A stretch of 63,446 bases of DNA, filler included, from Stramenopiles sp. TOSAG23-3 (lineage: Eukaryota): NCBI GenBank assembly GCA_900128585.1. It is 21 parts of 21 records of this genome, joined end to end, with 100 filler letters (N's around TTAATTAATTAA, not from the genome) between each part and the next. Parts side by side here need not be neighbours in the genome. Positions count along the whole stretch, not along the records: positions 54,112 to 55,899 come from LT645387.1; positions 56,000 to 57,787 come from LT645388.1; positions 57,888 to 59,675 come from LT645389.1; positions 59,776 to 61,561 come from LT645390.1; positions 61,662 to 63,446 come from LT645391.1; 16 more parts are not named here. One strand, 5' to 3'. The notes beneath the pieces were generated by a model that was given only the letters and a program-made list of their open reading frames with translations, had not been told where the DNA came from and made no database searches. Below are positions 54,156-63,446 of the stretch, piece after piece (the stretch's first letter is position 1; the number at the start of each line of letters is the position of its first letter). Position numbers and translations under genes: made by a program.

Positions 54156-55898
54156 CTAATACAATCCATTCAAACGGTCCTCATCCCCGATGGGCGCCTT
54201 TTCCTCCACCAGTTCCCCCTCGGGATTGATTGATATGTGTGGTACGGGTGGCGACCCTGGCCACCAAATAAATTTGTCCCCCCCCAGAAACATCAGGGCG
54301 GGCACAAAGATGGCGCGAACAAGAAATGTGTCGATGACCGAGGAAACGACCAGCACGCAGCCGAACTGATTCAGCACGTACTCGTTCGATAGCAGCAGCG
54401 CAGAAAATGCTGCGCTCATTATAACCCCGGCGTACGTAATGGAGGGGCCCGATTCCTCCAACCCTTTCAAAATCGCTGCCTCGGAGGTGTACCCAAGGTT
54501 CCGAAATTCGAAAACCCGAGACACAAGAAACGTATCATAGTCCAATGTCAGGCCGATTATCAATGGAATGCAGCATATTGGGATCATCCAGTAAATGCCT
54601 TTTCCATACCCTTGAAAGATAATCACGGTTATCCCCAGTACCATAATCACCGTGACCGAAATTGTTACCAGCAATCGACAGGCCACAAGGAAGGATCGGA
54701 AGGCAAGGCCGCTCAACACAAACAAAATCACCACCACTGTGGTCAAAACGATGGTGGGGCATTCGCGGTAGACTTCTGCAGTAGAATCGTACACCGTCGC
54801 AACGTCCGAAGCCACATCAAAGCCGTAAGGCTTAAAATTTTTCATGCCCGCGACTCTTCGAATGACCTGAAGGGCCTCGATCCCGACGGCATCAAAGGTG
54901 GGCCCGGACGGGACGACTTCAAGCAAGACGAAATTTCTCTCAAAGTTGGCCAGTCGGTTGAACTTGTCTTGGTACAGTTTGTCTAACGCACTGGACGCGC
55001 TTTCATTCCGCTGCAAAATCATTACCGCTTCGCTGGGCGTTAAAACGTTTCCGTTCTCTATCGTAGTAATATCCGTGAATGACTTCATCGTAAGCCCACT
55101 CTTGCCAGCATTGCGAACAACCTGTTCTTTGAACGACTGCAAGGCATTGAAAAAGCCAGGAGAAAAAATGCGATACCGGTCTTCCGGGCAGAAGTTGGGG
55201 CAGGTCGACTGGCATAGACCTTTTGCGACTTGATGAATGTCGATTCCGTGCAACATAAGCGTTTTCTTTCCGGGGGGTTTCTTGCAAATGTCAATCTTCT
55301 GCAGTTTTCCCAGCTCCGCCGCCGTGGCGCACGAATCGATGAACCCGACATTGTGCCGTATGGCTAATATGTTTACATCCCGATCGTCGTCCGTGCACGG
55401 AAGTTGCTTTATGTTTGGGTTCGTCTGCACTTCCTGCGCTCCCGCAAGGACAAGGAAGGGGCTCATGATCCCGCCACTGATTGACCGCTCTTTAAGTCGC
55501 TCAAACGCCAGGAGCGAAGGGGCGTTTCTTGGCACGATCAACGATTGGTCCGTCGTTATTTCCATGTGCAATAGGACGTACAGAAACGGGGCAGTCAAGA
55601 CTAGCATCATGACGCTGCAAGCGATGGAATGCTTCTGGGCCAACCTTCCGATGGAGTAATAAATCTTCAACCGCTGAAACCACGTTTCGCTCCTTTTCTT
55701 GGCTACGGTGTCTGGCGACAACAGCAGGCGTTTGTCTGCGTTCTTCTCAAAGGATGTAATCTGCGAGGAGCTGGTGCTGAAAATGCTCCTGGCCTCTTCA
55801 ACAACCCCGAACCGGTCCGAATCATCTGCGTGGCCAGCTGTCCGTTTGCAGCAGTTGCGGCTGCAGCACTTGATGCGAAAGCAGGGGCCTAAAAGAAC
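54156..55898 (-). CDS. MMPL/RND-family membrane transporter, C-terminal half
   Basis: GLTLDYDTFLVSRVFE, ITYAGVIM..AF, IDTFLVR..FVPALM and WWP are MmpL signatures. The frame is open to the contig edge. Confidence 0.88.
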   Translation of the reverse strand, partial: VLLGPCFRIKCCSRNCCKRTAGHADDSDRFGVVEEARSIFSTSSSQITSFEKNADKRLLLSPDTVAKKRSETWFQRLKIYYSIGRLAQKHSIACSVMMLVLTAPFLYVLLHMEITTDQSLIVPRNAPSLLAFERLKERSISGGIMSPFLVLAGAQEVQTNPNIKQLPCTDDDRDVNILAIRHNVGFIDSCATAAELGKLQKIDICKKPPGKKTLMLHGIDIHQVAKGLCQSTCPNFCPEDRYRIFSPGFFNALQSFKEQVVRNAGKSGLTMKSFTDITTIENGNVLTPSEAVMILQRNESASSALDKLYQDKFNRLANFERNFVLLEVVPSGPTFDAVGIEALQVIRRVAGMKNFKPYGFDVASDVATVYDSTAEVYRECPTIVLTTVVVILFVLSGLAFRSFLVACRLLVTISVTVIMVLGITVIIFQGYGKGIYWMIPICCIPLIIGLTLDYDTFLVSRVFEFRNLGYTSEAAILKGLEESGPSITYAGVIMSAAFSALLLSNEYVLNQFGCVLVVSSVIDTFLVRAIFVPALMFLGGDKFIWWPGSPPVPHISINPEGELVEEKAPIGDEDRLNGLY

Positions 55899-56001
55899 GN
55901 NNNNNNNNNNNNNNNNNNNNNNNNNNNNNNNNNNNNNNNNNNNTTAATTAATTAANNNNNNNNNNNNNNNNNNNNNNNNNNNNNNNNNNNNNNNNNNNNC
56001 A

Positions 56002-56622
56002 CTTGGAAACACTGCTGGGGAAATGGGGTACTTTGTGCCCACCCTTTTTAACTCTACGTTTACCACAGATAGCTTGATTCGATTAATTTTTACGAAGAAT
56101 AACGAGCAGGCCATAAAGCAGCTTTACCAAGCCGACGGGGCAAGCAGCGATTATTTCAAATTCGTAGACATTTTGTCGGACGCGATCGTCGCATGTTACA
56201 CGCGCCACATTGCCCGCGGCCTAACGTCTCCGAGAGAAAACAAAGCAGAGGTGTATTTGTACGAGTTCCAGCATCCTCCCTCCCGCGGGGCAAATGTTAA
56301 GAACTGGAATCACAAAGGGTGCGATCACATGGCCTGCCACGCCTCTGACAATGTGTTTTACTTCAATTCGATTGCCGACATTCACCTGAACAATGCCTCC
56401 TTCACCCCCTACGAAGCTGCGCTAAGCAATGCAATGCTCAACACCATGGTGGCCCTTGCCGCGGGCGGGAAAGGGGTGTACGTGCCGTATAACGCAGAGA
56501 AGGATGTACGGCTGCAGTGGGGGGTTAAAGGCTCGCCGACTGGGAAACTGCACACCACAAATGTTGATTACCGCCAGAAATTTTGCAACTTGTGGGATAC
56601 TTTCAACTACAGCTTTAGCTAA
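56002..56622 (+). CDS. Type-B carboxylesterase, C-terminal part
   Basis: GNTAGE (catalytic Glu region), D..V.C, VYLYEF.H and ACHASD..F.F (catalytic His). Confidence 0.85.
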   Translation, partial: LGNTAGEMGYFVPTLFNSTFTTDSLIRLIFTKNNEQAIKQLYQADGASSDYFKFVDILSDAIVACYTRHIARGLTSPRENKAEVYLYEFQHPPSRGANVKNWNHKGCDHMACHASDNVFYFNSIADIHLNNASFTPYEAALSNAMLNTMVALAAGGKGVYVPYNAEKDVRLQWGVKGSPTGKLHTTNVDYRQKFCNLWDTFNYSFS

Positions 56623-57141
56623 ATTGACTTTGTTGCTTTAGGACCCTGTATAACTCTGGTTAATTCTGGTGTATTAAAAAAAACAAATTATATTTGGTGT
56701 AATAATGAGGAAATTTTAGAACTACTTGCTTCAATTTTTTACCTGCTCTGCCCTGTTTTTTCATGATGCCGTCGGCCCGCTGGGCCGATTTACAGGTAAT
56801 AATGAGAAAAATATTAACATAAGATTAGCATTGAAACGTAAAAATCATCCTCTTTTTTTTTTTTTTTTCAACAAAAGATCATCTTTAAAATGTATTCTAC
56901 TGTAACAGCTGTTATTATTATATTTAAAAACTTTGTAAGCTGACTCAATACAACTTCAGTTTTTTGTATAACATATTTTTAAACAAGAAAATTGGCTTTT
57001 GTAAAGAGTTGAAAAACAAAATTTAATATTAGTAATGCTTTAAGACTCTCATAGAAGATTTGATGCCTGGTAAACGATAAACAAAGTGCTTTTTTAGTGA
57101 AAAATGCTAATTCGCAAACTTTAAGAGAACGTTTAGTAGAT

Positions 57142-57204
57142 TTCAGTTCGCAGTGCATTAATTTTAATTATCATTACTTAAATAACAGACAATTTTCTTG
57201 CTTT
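57142..57204 (-). repeat. Dispersed 3'-flank element copy (long form)
   Basis: Reverse complement reads AAAGCAAGAAAATTGTCTGTTATTTAAGTAATGATAATTAAAATTAATGCACTGCGAACTGAA. Its distal part matches 51926..51960. Confidence 0.75.
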
Positions 57205-57228
57205 GTAAGAAAGACCAACGCCTCTGCC

Positions 57229-57786
57229 CTAACTAATTTTACCGCCGCTTATCCCCCCTTTTCTTTTCCGTTTGATCCATGCCAAGCTGACAGACGTCTT
57301 CTCGATCTGCTCCTTTGATTCCTTGCGAATTATGCTGAACCTTTCCCCCGTTGTTGAAACCACACGATCGTTCCTCCATCGTACCTTCGAGTCACTTGTG
57401 CAAGGGAGTTTAGCTCCCAACGTTGGGTGGCACTTTCGCGTTTGTTCCAACCGCATAAAGTACCTCTCTCTCATTCTTATTTTCAAGTTGTTTTCTCTCT
57501 TCTTTCTTGCCACGGCGTCTTCTTGTCTGGCGTTTGGGTTCTCGTTCACGTACCAGATCTTCAAATGCTCTTCGCTCGACTGCAGCTCGTCCAGAATGGA
57601 CGATGCGGCCAAGTTTACATCATTGTCAAACAGCATGAGTAGCTGGGACAAATTTGAAATCTCTGGGAAGAGGCGTTTCAGAATTGTCACGTTCTCACGC
57701 TCAAGAGCTGATGCAATGTGCTGGGCCTTTGATGGCTTGACAGTGTCAAAACCTGGAGGGGCAAACCCTGGAGGGGGGGGGCAATT
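57229..57786 (-). CDS. CUEDC2: CUE-domain protein, CUEDC2-like C-terminus; 5'-partial
   Basis: CUE motif LKRLFP...DVNLAASSIL, then VRWRNDRVVSTTGERF, resembling the CUEDC2 IRY.DN.VVSTKGERF motif. Confidence 0.7.
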   Translation of the reverse strand, partial: NCPPPPGFAPPGFDTVKPSKAQHIASALERENVTILKRLFPEISNLSQLLMLFDNDVNLAASSILDELQSSEEHLKIWYVNENPNARQEDAVARKKRENNLKIRMRERYFMRLEQTRKCHPTLGAKLPCTSDSKVRWRNDRVVSTTGERFSIIRKESKEQIEKTSVSLAWIKRKRKGGISGGKIS

Positions 57787-58152
57787 GNNNNNNNNNNNNN
57801 NNNNNNNNNNNNNNNNNNNNNNNNNNNNNNNTTAATTAATTAANNNNNNNNNNNNNNNNNNNNNNNNNNNNNNNNNNNNNNNNNNNNCCGCGCTTGACTC
57901 GCGCTTCGATTCCATGGCAAAGGAGACCGGGGCAGAATATTGGCCAGCAATACCGATGCGGTAAATTATGTCAACCTTTTAAGTTCTATACAGTGGAATA
58001 AGAGATTTGAGGTAAATTTTTTTTGAGAATTCCAAACTCAATTTTTTTTTACTTTTACAGCATAATAGCATAACAAACTAATAAATACCCGGTTGTTATT
58101 TGAGAAATTGTGTCCATTCGCCATGCTATTTCTATATTATTTATTTGGATAG

Positions 58153-59673
58153 TCAAAGGGGTAGGAGGGGAGCGTACTCGTTTCCCCGCTTTCGACTTTG
58201 CAAAGGACTCGTGTTCACTAAGTTGGACCCCTCCGACCTCATATCGCACCATACGTCTTGTCCAATGGTTTTGCCCCGTGGACTAAACCCGGAATAGTTA
58301 TGGGCAGTTAATCTTCCCGCCTCTACGGGCTCAATGTTAGGATAGATACGATAGCGGCCGTCCCTTGCGCCAGGCGTGGCCCGTTTAATGTCCGCACAGT
58401 TCTTTGGAAACGCTCTGTCCTCGCCATACACCCCGCTCGGGGGATCCGCGGTCTCTCGCATGGGGTAATCGACCATCCTCTCTTGCATCATGCGCCACCG
58501 TCGCATATGATGGCTTTCCATCCCGTTCTGATAAGGCCGGGTACTCCAAAGTTTGGCGAAGAAATCGGGGTGCAGCTCATCGCGCCGCGATGTGTAGGCT
58601 TCAAAATGGATCGGTTTCATCGTCCAATCCAAAAAGAGTTTGTCTTTCAATTCAAACGTAAACTCGTCGGGGCCGAATTCCGAACGTTTACGGTAATGGT
58701 TTTCTGGGTGTTTCCAATCGTACGAGTACACCTTGAAGACAAAATTTCGTGGGTAACACATCTCTGTCGATTGGTGAGGGTTCGTAGCGTTCCACTGGGC
58801 GTAGAAGATCCCACACCCCGTACAATTGTGCTCTATGCAGAAATCAACTCGAGTTTTGCCTTCGCAAACCTCGTGCAGACCGCCTGCGTTTTCCCCGACT
58901 TCTTTTGGCACGCAGCATTCCTCGTCGCTGCCACTGCCGTCCCCCGCACCGCCTCCGCCAACTGCGGTATCATTTCCGCCTCCTCCCGCACCGCCTCCGC
59001 CAACTGCGGTAAATTGGAGAAAGGTAGCGTGTACCATGTCCCCTGGGGGATTTTGTCGTAATAAACCCGGGTTGTCCCGAAGGATATTGATAACATCGCT
59101 GCTTTCTACAAATGTTTTTACCCACGCCGGATCCGTGGGATGAACGGAACGATCACGAGGGATTGACTCGTTCGCCCATGTTTTACAGAAATCCGTCCTG
59201 CATATCATCACAGGGGCAGCGGCGGCGGGGGCCGGGGTGGTAGCGGTGCCAAGGTCCAGGAACATGGCCTCACTGCCGCCCTCCCCGCTTTCGCTTCCAC
59301 CGCCGCTGATGGTGCACGCGCAGTAGGTCTTTCCCTGCTCCTCGCACCCAACATGGTGCATCCCAAAAATACGACAATCCTTTGCCCCTTTGCCCTTTTC
59401 CGTGCAGCTTCCCTCGTAGCACGGGGAGTCAGGTTCTGTCGTTGAAAACCCGGTGCACTTCGTCACGTTTTCTACTTTGCACCTCAGTGGGTTCGCCGTG
59501 GTGCTCGTGTTGCACCCCGTGTCAAGGCATCCACAAAACTTCGATTGGCAGTATTTTTTTATTTTTTTGACACAGGCTTTGCTGCTTGGTCGTTTGCATG
59601 GCTTCTTGCGCGCTTCCGGGTAGCACGGGGATTCTACGTTCGTCGCACTGTAGCCACAATTGTCTGATCCGAT
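58153..59673 (-). CDS. Cys-rich extracellular protein fragment with C-terminal fibrinogen/COLFI-like start motif
   Basis: Multiple Cys clusters and Gly-rich linkers, then NCADIK....ARDGRYRIYP....VWCDM. Confidence 0.7.
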   Translation of the reverse strand: MGSDNCGYSATNVESPCYPEARKKPCKRPSSKACVKKIKKYCQSKFCGCLDTGCNTSTTANPLRCKVENVTKCTGFSTTEPDSPCYEGSCTEKGKGAKDCRIFGMHHVGCEEQGKTYCACTISGGGSESGEGGSEAMFLDLGTATTPAPAAAAPVMICRTDFCKTWANESIPRDRSVHPTDPAWVKTFVESSDVINILRDNPGLLRQNPPGDMVHATFLQFTAVGGGGAGGGGNDTAVGGGGAGDGSGSDEECCVPKEVGENAGGLHEVCEGKTRVDFCIEHNCTGCGIFYAQWNATNPHQSTEMCYPRNFVFKVYSYDWKHPENHYRKRSEFGPDEFTFELKDKLFLDWTMKPIHFEAYTSRRDELHPDFFAKLWSTRPYQNGMESHHMRRWRMMQERMVDYPMRETADPPSGVYGEDRAFPKNCADIKRATPGARDGRYRIYPNIEPVEAGRLTAHNYSGFSPRGKTIGQDVWCDMRSEGSNLVNTSPLQSRKRGNEYAPLLPL

Positions 59674-59776
59674 AANNNNNNNNNNNNNNNNNNNNNNNNN
59701 NNNNNNNNNNNNNNNNNNNTTAATTAATTAANNNNNNNNNNNNNNNNNNNNNNNNNNNNNNNNNNNNNNNNNNNNA

Positions 59777-59983
59777 AAGAAGGCGAAGGCGAAGGCGGAC
59801 GCCGAGGCCGCCGCCCTTGCCGGGGCGAACCAGCGAAAGTCCACGTTCGATTTGCACAACTTCAACCTTCCCAACGAGGACGACCTGCCGTTCACGGTCG
59901 CCGCGACCACCAAGGCATCCCGACCAAAGGCGCCGATGCGAGACGGCGTCATGTCCCTCAAACAGTACCTGAAGATGAAGTAG
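59777..59983 (+). CDS. C-terminal fragment of an unknown protein
   Basis: Open frame KKAKAKADAE...GVMSLKQYLKMK*. GC-rich, followed by an AT-rich UTR-like region. Confidence 0.55.
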   Translation, partial: KKAKAKADAEAAALAGANQRKSTFDLHNFNLPNEDDLPFTVAATTKASRPKAPMRDGVMSLKQYLKMK

Positions 59984-60167
59984 AGGCAAACGTAATAATA
60001 AAAAAATCATCCTTTTTTTTTAAATTTTTTTTATAATAATTTTTTTATGTGATGGGGTTAGGTTAGGCTCTTTCTTCTTCAATAATCACATATATAATAT
60101 CATATTAGATACCAACAACACAGGTACCACCGCACCCACGTTCACGTTTACTTTGTACGTGTGGCCT

Positions 60168-61172
60168 CTACGCCTGTCCCTCGGGCGCCTCCTCCTCCCC
60201 TGTCGCTTCCGCCTGGGCCAGACTGGCTTTCTCGGCCAACGTTTTGGACATGTCCTCAATGTCTTGGTGGAGTCTATTCCTTTCGGCCTGGATCCGTTGG
60301 TCCGCTATCTTCTGCAAATGCTCAGGGAGGACGATCTCTTCCTCTTCTTCCACGGGGGCCCCCACTTCCGCCGCCTCGGCCCCCTCTTCCACACCCACCC
60401 CACCTAACTCGGCGCCCTCCTCTTCTGGCGCCTCCTGCACTTCTGGCTCCGGCTCCGGCCGTGGCACCTCTTTCGCCTTGGACAGCGGCAACGAGACCAT
60501 CGGCGTTTCGACGACCACGTCCAGGGGAAGCCGGTGCAGCTCCTGCTCCCGCGTGAACGCCACCTCGTACGCCAGGTAGTGGCGAAAGAAGGTCTTCGAC
60601 ATGTAGTCGCTGATGCTGCGAACCTGTTCCTTGGTGAACACTTTCACGCTCTCCGGGGGGCGCTCGAAGCTGTGTTGGAGCACCAACCCCTGGAAGAAGC
60701 TGTACGAGTCGTCGCGCTGGACAAAGTTTCCCGTCGACTCCGTGGACTCCCCCTTGCTGTTCTCAAAGGTCCGCTTGCTCACTGCGAAAAACACGGACGT
60801 CTGATCGTCCGTGAACTTGTTCTCCTGGGCAAACAGGACGGCGTTGGTCATGTAGTCGATGAAGATGTCGTCCCGCACGTTGGCGTCGGTGACACCGAGC
60901 AGCCGCTTCACAAAGTTTCTACGTTTCGCGTTGACCGTGTCCCCTGGGACGGCCTCGTCCTCGAACCCAACCGCACGCTTCTCTGGGTTCGCTTCGTCCT
61001 CTCCCACATTCTCAGCCGGTCGTCCAGGAATTAGCCTGCTCTGCTCTTCCGTAAGATCGGACCACACAAGTCCGCGTTGCGGCGGAAGGCTAGGCGCTGC
61101 TTCCACCGACGGGGCAGACAAACTCACACTCCCTTCTCCTCCTTCCTCTACGGGTACCTCTTCCTCTGCCAT
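60168..61172 (-). CDS. CFAP119: Flagellar central-pair C1a-32 / CLAMP-domain protein (CFAP119/CCDC189-like)
   Basis: FAQENKFT..Q.S.F, F..LVLQHS.ERPP.S..VF...QV..I.DY...TFFRHY..Y. Confidence 0.8.
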   Translation of the reverse strand: MAEEEVPVEEGGEGSVSLSAPSVEAAPSLPPQRGLVWSDLTEEQSRLIPGRPAENVGEDEANPEKRAVGFEDEAVPGDTVNAKRRNFVKRLLGVTDANVRDDIFIDYMTNAVLFAQENKFTDDQTSVFFAVSKRTFENSKGESTESTGNFVQRDDSYSFFQGLVLQHSFERPPESVKVFTKEQVRSISDYMSKTFFRHYLAYEVAFTREQELHRLPLDVVVETPMVSLPLSKAKEVPRPEPEPEVQEAPEEEGAELGGVGVEEGAEAAEVGAPVEEEEEIVLPEHLQKIADQRIQAERNRLHQDIEDMSKTLAEKASLAQAEATGEEEAPEGQA

Positions 61173-61825
61173 TTCGCGTTACAAATGCACTGGGTGGTAC
61201 GACTACGCCTATTACTACTACTACTTCTAGACGAACGTCGAGTTCAAATTGTTATTCCGTACTATGTTAATTGTCACAAACGAAACGAACGAAGCTAAAA
61301 AAACGGAAGGAATCGTTACTAAATACATTCTTTTCTTTTTCACATCCTAATGTATTTTAACACACGCAGCATACTTTTTTGTTTTTTTTCTTCTAAATCT
61401 TCTACTAAAAAACTAAAAAGTAACCCTCACTGTGTCCCTGTACATTTCAAATGACCGTTATGGTCGTTTTTTCGATTTTCACATCCTATTTAAATATGGT
61501 AGTCTTATTAATGTACTTCTTGTTCTTGAATCTCTCTTTTTTTGATGCAGCGATGACCTCCNNNNNNNNNNNNNNNNNNNNNNNNNNNNNNNNNNNNNNN
61601 NNNNNTTAATTAATTAANNNNNNNNNNNNNNNNNNNNNNNNNNNNNNNNNNNNNNNNNNNNTCCGTCCCCCTCCCCCCGCCCTTGTGTGAAAAGGATTGA
61701 AAGTATTTCTTTTGATACAATAAAAGCAGACAAAAGTTAAGCGTGCATGCAAGAACCTTTTTTTTTTGTGTCGAAAAAAGTTGGTTTGTTCCCTGATTTC
61801 CCCCTCTTTTTTGTTCACTCGTTTT

Positions 61826-63446
61826 ATGGCAGCGGCGGAAGCTTCTATCAACTCAAGGGCACCGCTTTCATCGTCGGGTACTTATTCTTCCGGCTACAAT
61901 ACAATGGAGAAAGGAGGGTCTTCTCGGAACAGTCTCGTGGGAGATGGCGATGAGGACGACTACGATCAATTGACCGTTTCGACGCCTCGCACGGGGCTCA
62001 ACCTGATCAAAGCGTTTTTAGGAACGGGCCTTTTGGCCGTCCCGTTTGCGGTGTCCTGCGCCGGGATCTGGTTGGGCGTCATATTTGTCGGGTTTCTGAC
62101 GCTCCTGAGCAACCACACCCTCAAAATGCTCGTAACGATGGCCCGGTTCGTACAAGAAAACGCGCAGAACAACGTCATGATGCTTGCAACGTAAGTAACC
62201 GTTCACCCACCACCTCGCCCTTCCCTTGCTTTCGTCCGACTAACCGCCCCCCCTTTTCCAAAACAGCCCTGGCGCGATCCGTCGGCCAGAGTTCAGCATA
62301 ACCTACGAGGACATTGGCGAGCGTGCGTTTGGGAAAACGGGCCGGCGCCTGTCGGTGTGGGCAATGCTGATCACAAACATTGGCACAGTCATTGGGTACA
62401 TTATCTTCATCGGGAACACGAGCCTTCACACGGCGGAAGTGATCAACTTCTCCCAGGGCATTCCGGAGAACGTGACGGACGCGCGGTTCGACATCGATCT
62501 GTTCCCCGGCGTAAAGAATTCTATCAAGATCAACACGTTTCTATTCGGCCTTATCCCGATCCTTGGTGGCCTGTCCCTTTTGAAAACGATGAAGAAGCTT
62601 GCGTTCGTGAGCATATTTGGAACGATTGCCATCATCGGGGCGATCGTTGTCGTGGTCTACTTCAGCGTCTCTTACATCGACGAGCACGGCCAGGCAGACG
62701 TCCACATGGCGAACTTCAAATCCCTCCCCACCTTTTTCGGGATTGCAATCTTTAGCTTCAGCATCCACGGGGTCATCCTTTCCATCGTTGGCCCGATGAA
62801 ACGGCCGCAGGACACGTATAAAATGATGAACGGATGCGCCGCGATTGTTGGCATCATTTACTGCGGCTTTGGGCTTGTGGGGTACTTGGCGTTCGGTCCG
62901 GACATCAAGCCGTCCATCCTGGACAACATGCCGGAGGGGAACTTGTCGGAGCGCGCCGTGAAGATAACGACGTACATCATGATGGTTGCGTGCATCTCGT
63001 TTTCCATTCCCCTCTTCAACTTTCCGATATTCCGGGTCGTCGAGCAGTACGTTTGGGGGGCCGACACCGTGACGAGCATCAACAGCCCGACGAACGGGGC
63101 GCGGCACACGAAACGGGGGAACGGCCGAGGGTCCGGGGCCGACATGGCGTACTCGTTGCTGGACGCGAACGCGGAGGAAGGGCGCTCGTCCTCCCAGGTT
63201 GGGCCGAACGAAGCGGGGCGGGCGTCGTCGTCCGGCGGCAGTGCTGGGAAAGAGATCAAGGTGGCGCTGCTTCGATTGCTGATTGTCTGTGCAATGATTA
63301 TTATCTCCTTTCTTTTGGGGTCAATTTTTGCGGACGTGATATCGTTCGTGGGGGCGTTCAGCATGTCCACATTGGCATTCATTTTGCCGTCCCTCTTCTA
63401 CATCAAGATCATGTGGGAGCGCGTGGGAGCGTGCGAACGCGTTACC
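61826..63446 (+). CDS. Amino-acid transporter (Aa_trans, SLC36/38-like); two exons, 3'-truncated
   Basis: NLIKAFLGTGLLAVPFA. After splicing 62191..62266 the frame continues to TYEDIGERAFG and FFGIAIFSF..HG. Confidence 0.9.
62191..62266 (+). other. 76-nt spliceosomal intron
   Basis: GTAAGT donor, GACTAAC branch point at 62238-62244, pyrimidine tract and CAG acceptor. Removal restores the reading frame. Confidence 0.9.

Noticed and set aside
60054-60067. Telomere-like GGGGTTAGGTTAGG (similar short hits at about 935, 33161 and 33288)
   Set aside because: Only one or two degenerate units each, with no true array.

Overview
Eukaryotic draft assembly, most consistent with a flagellated, intron-poor protist (probably a stramenopile, by inference from axonemal dynein, CFAP119/C1a-32 and a multi-domain formin). 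The window is a concatenation of 21 sequence pieces joined by 100-nt N-TTAATTAATTAA-N linkers: two of about 13.7 kb, then 19 of about 1.8 kb in descending length. Adjacency across linkers therefore has no biological meaning. It holds about 35 mostly intronless genes or gene fragments (one clear GT-AG intron) separated by AT-rich, microsatellite-rich spacers. The main non-routine signals are: (1) a virus-like segment at 47691-48339 with a Mimiviridae-type AAAATTGA motif, a small AT-rich ORF and the C-terminus of what looks like a Polinton-like-virus/A32 packaging ATPase, joined to a truncated Asp-box beta-propeller gene; (2) a dispersed 30-55 bp element (AAAACAAGAAAATTGGCTGTTATTTAAGTAATTAAAATT) recurring on the sense strand downstream of unrelated genes; (3) a MITE-like foldback with an adjacent TTCCTTGAGCGAG array; (4) two diverged, partly inverted copies of a decayed unknown ORF; (5) a secreted protein ending in CxxCH; and (6) two contigs with exactly 79-bp identical inverted ends, probably amplification or assembly chimeras.
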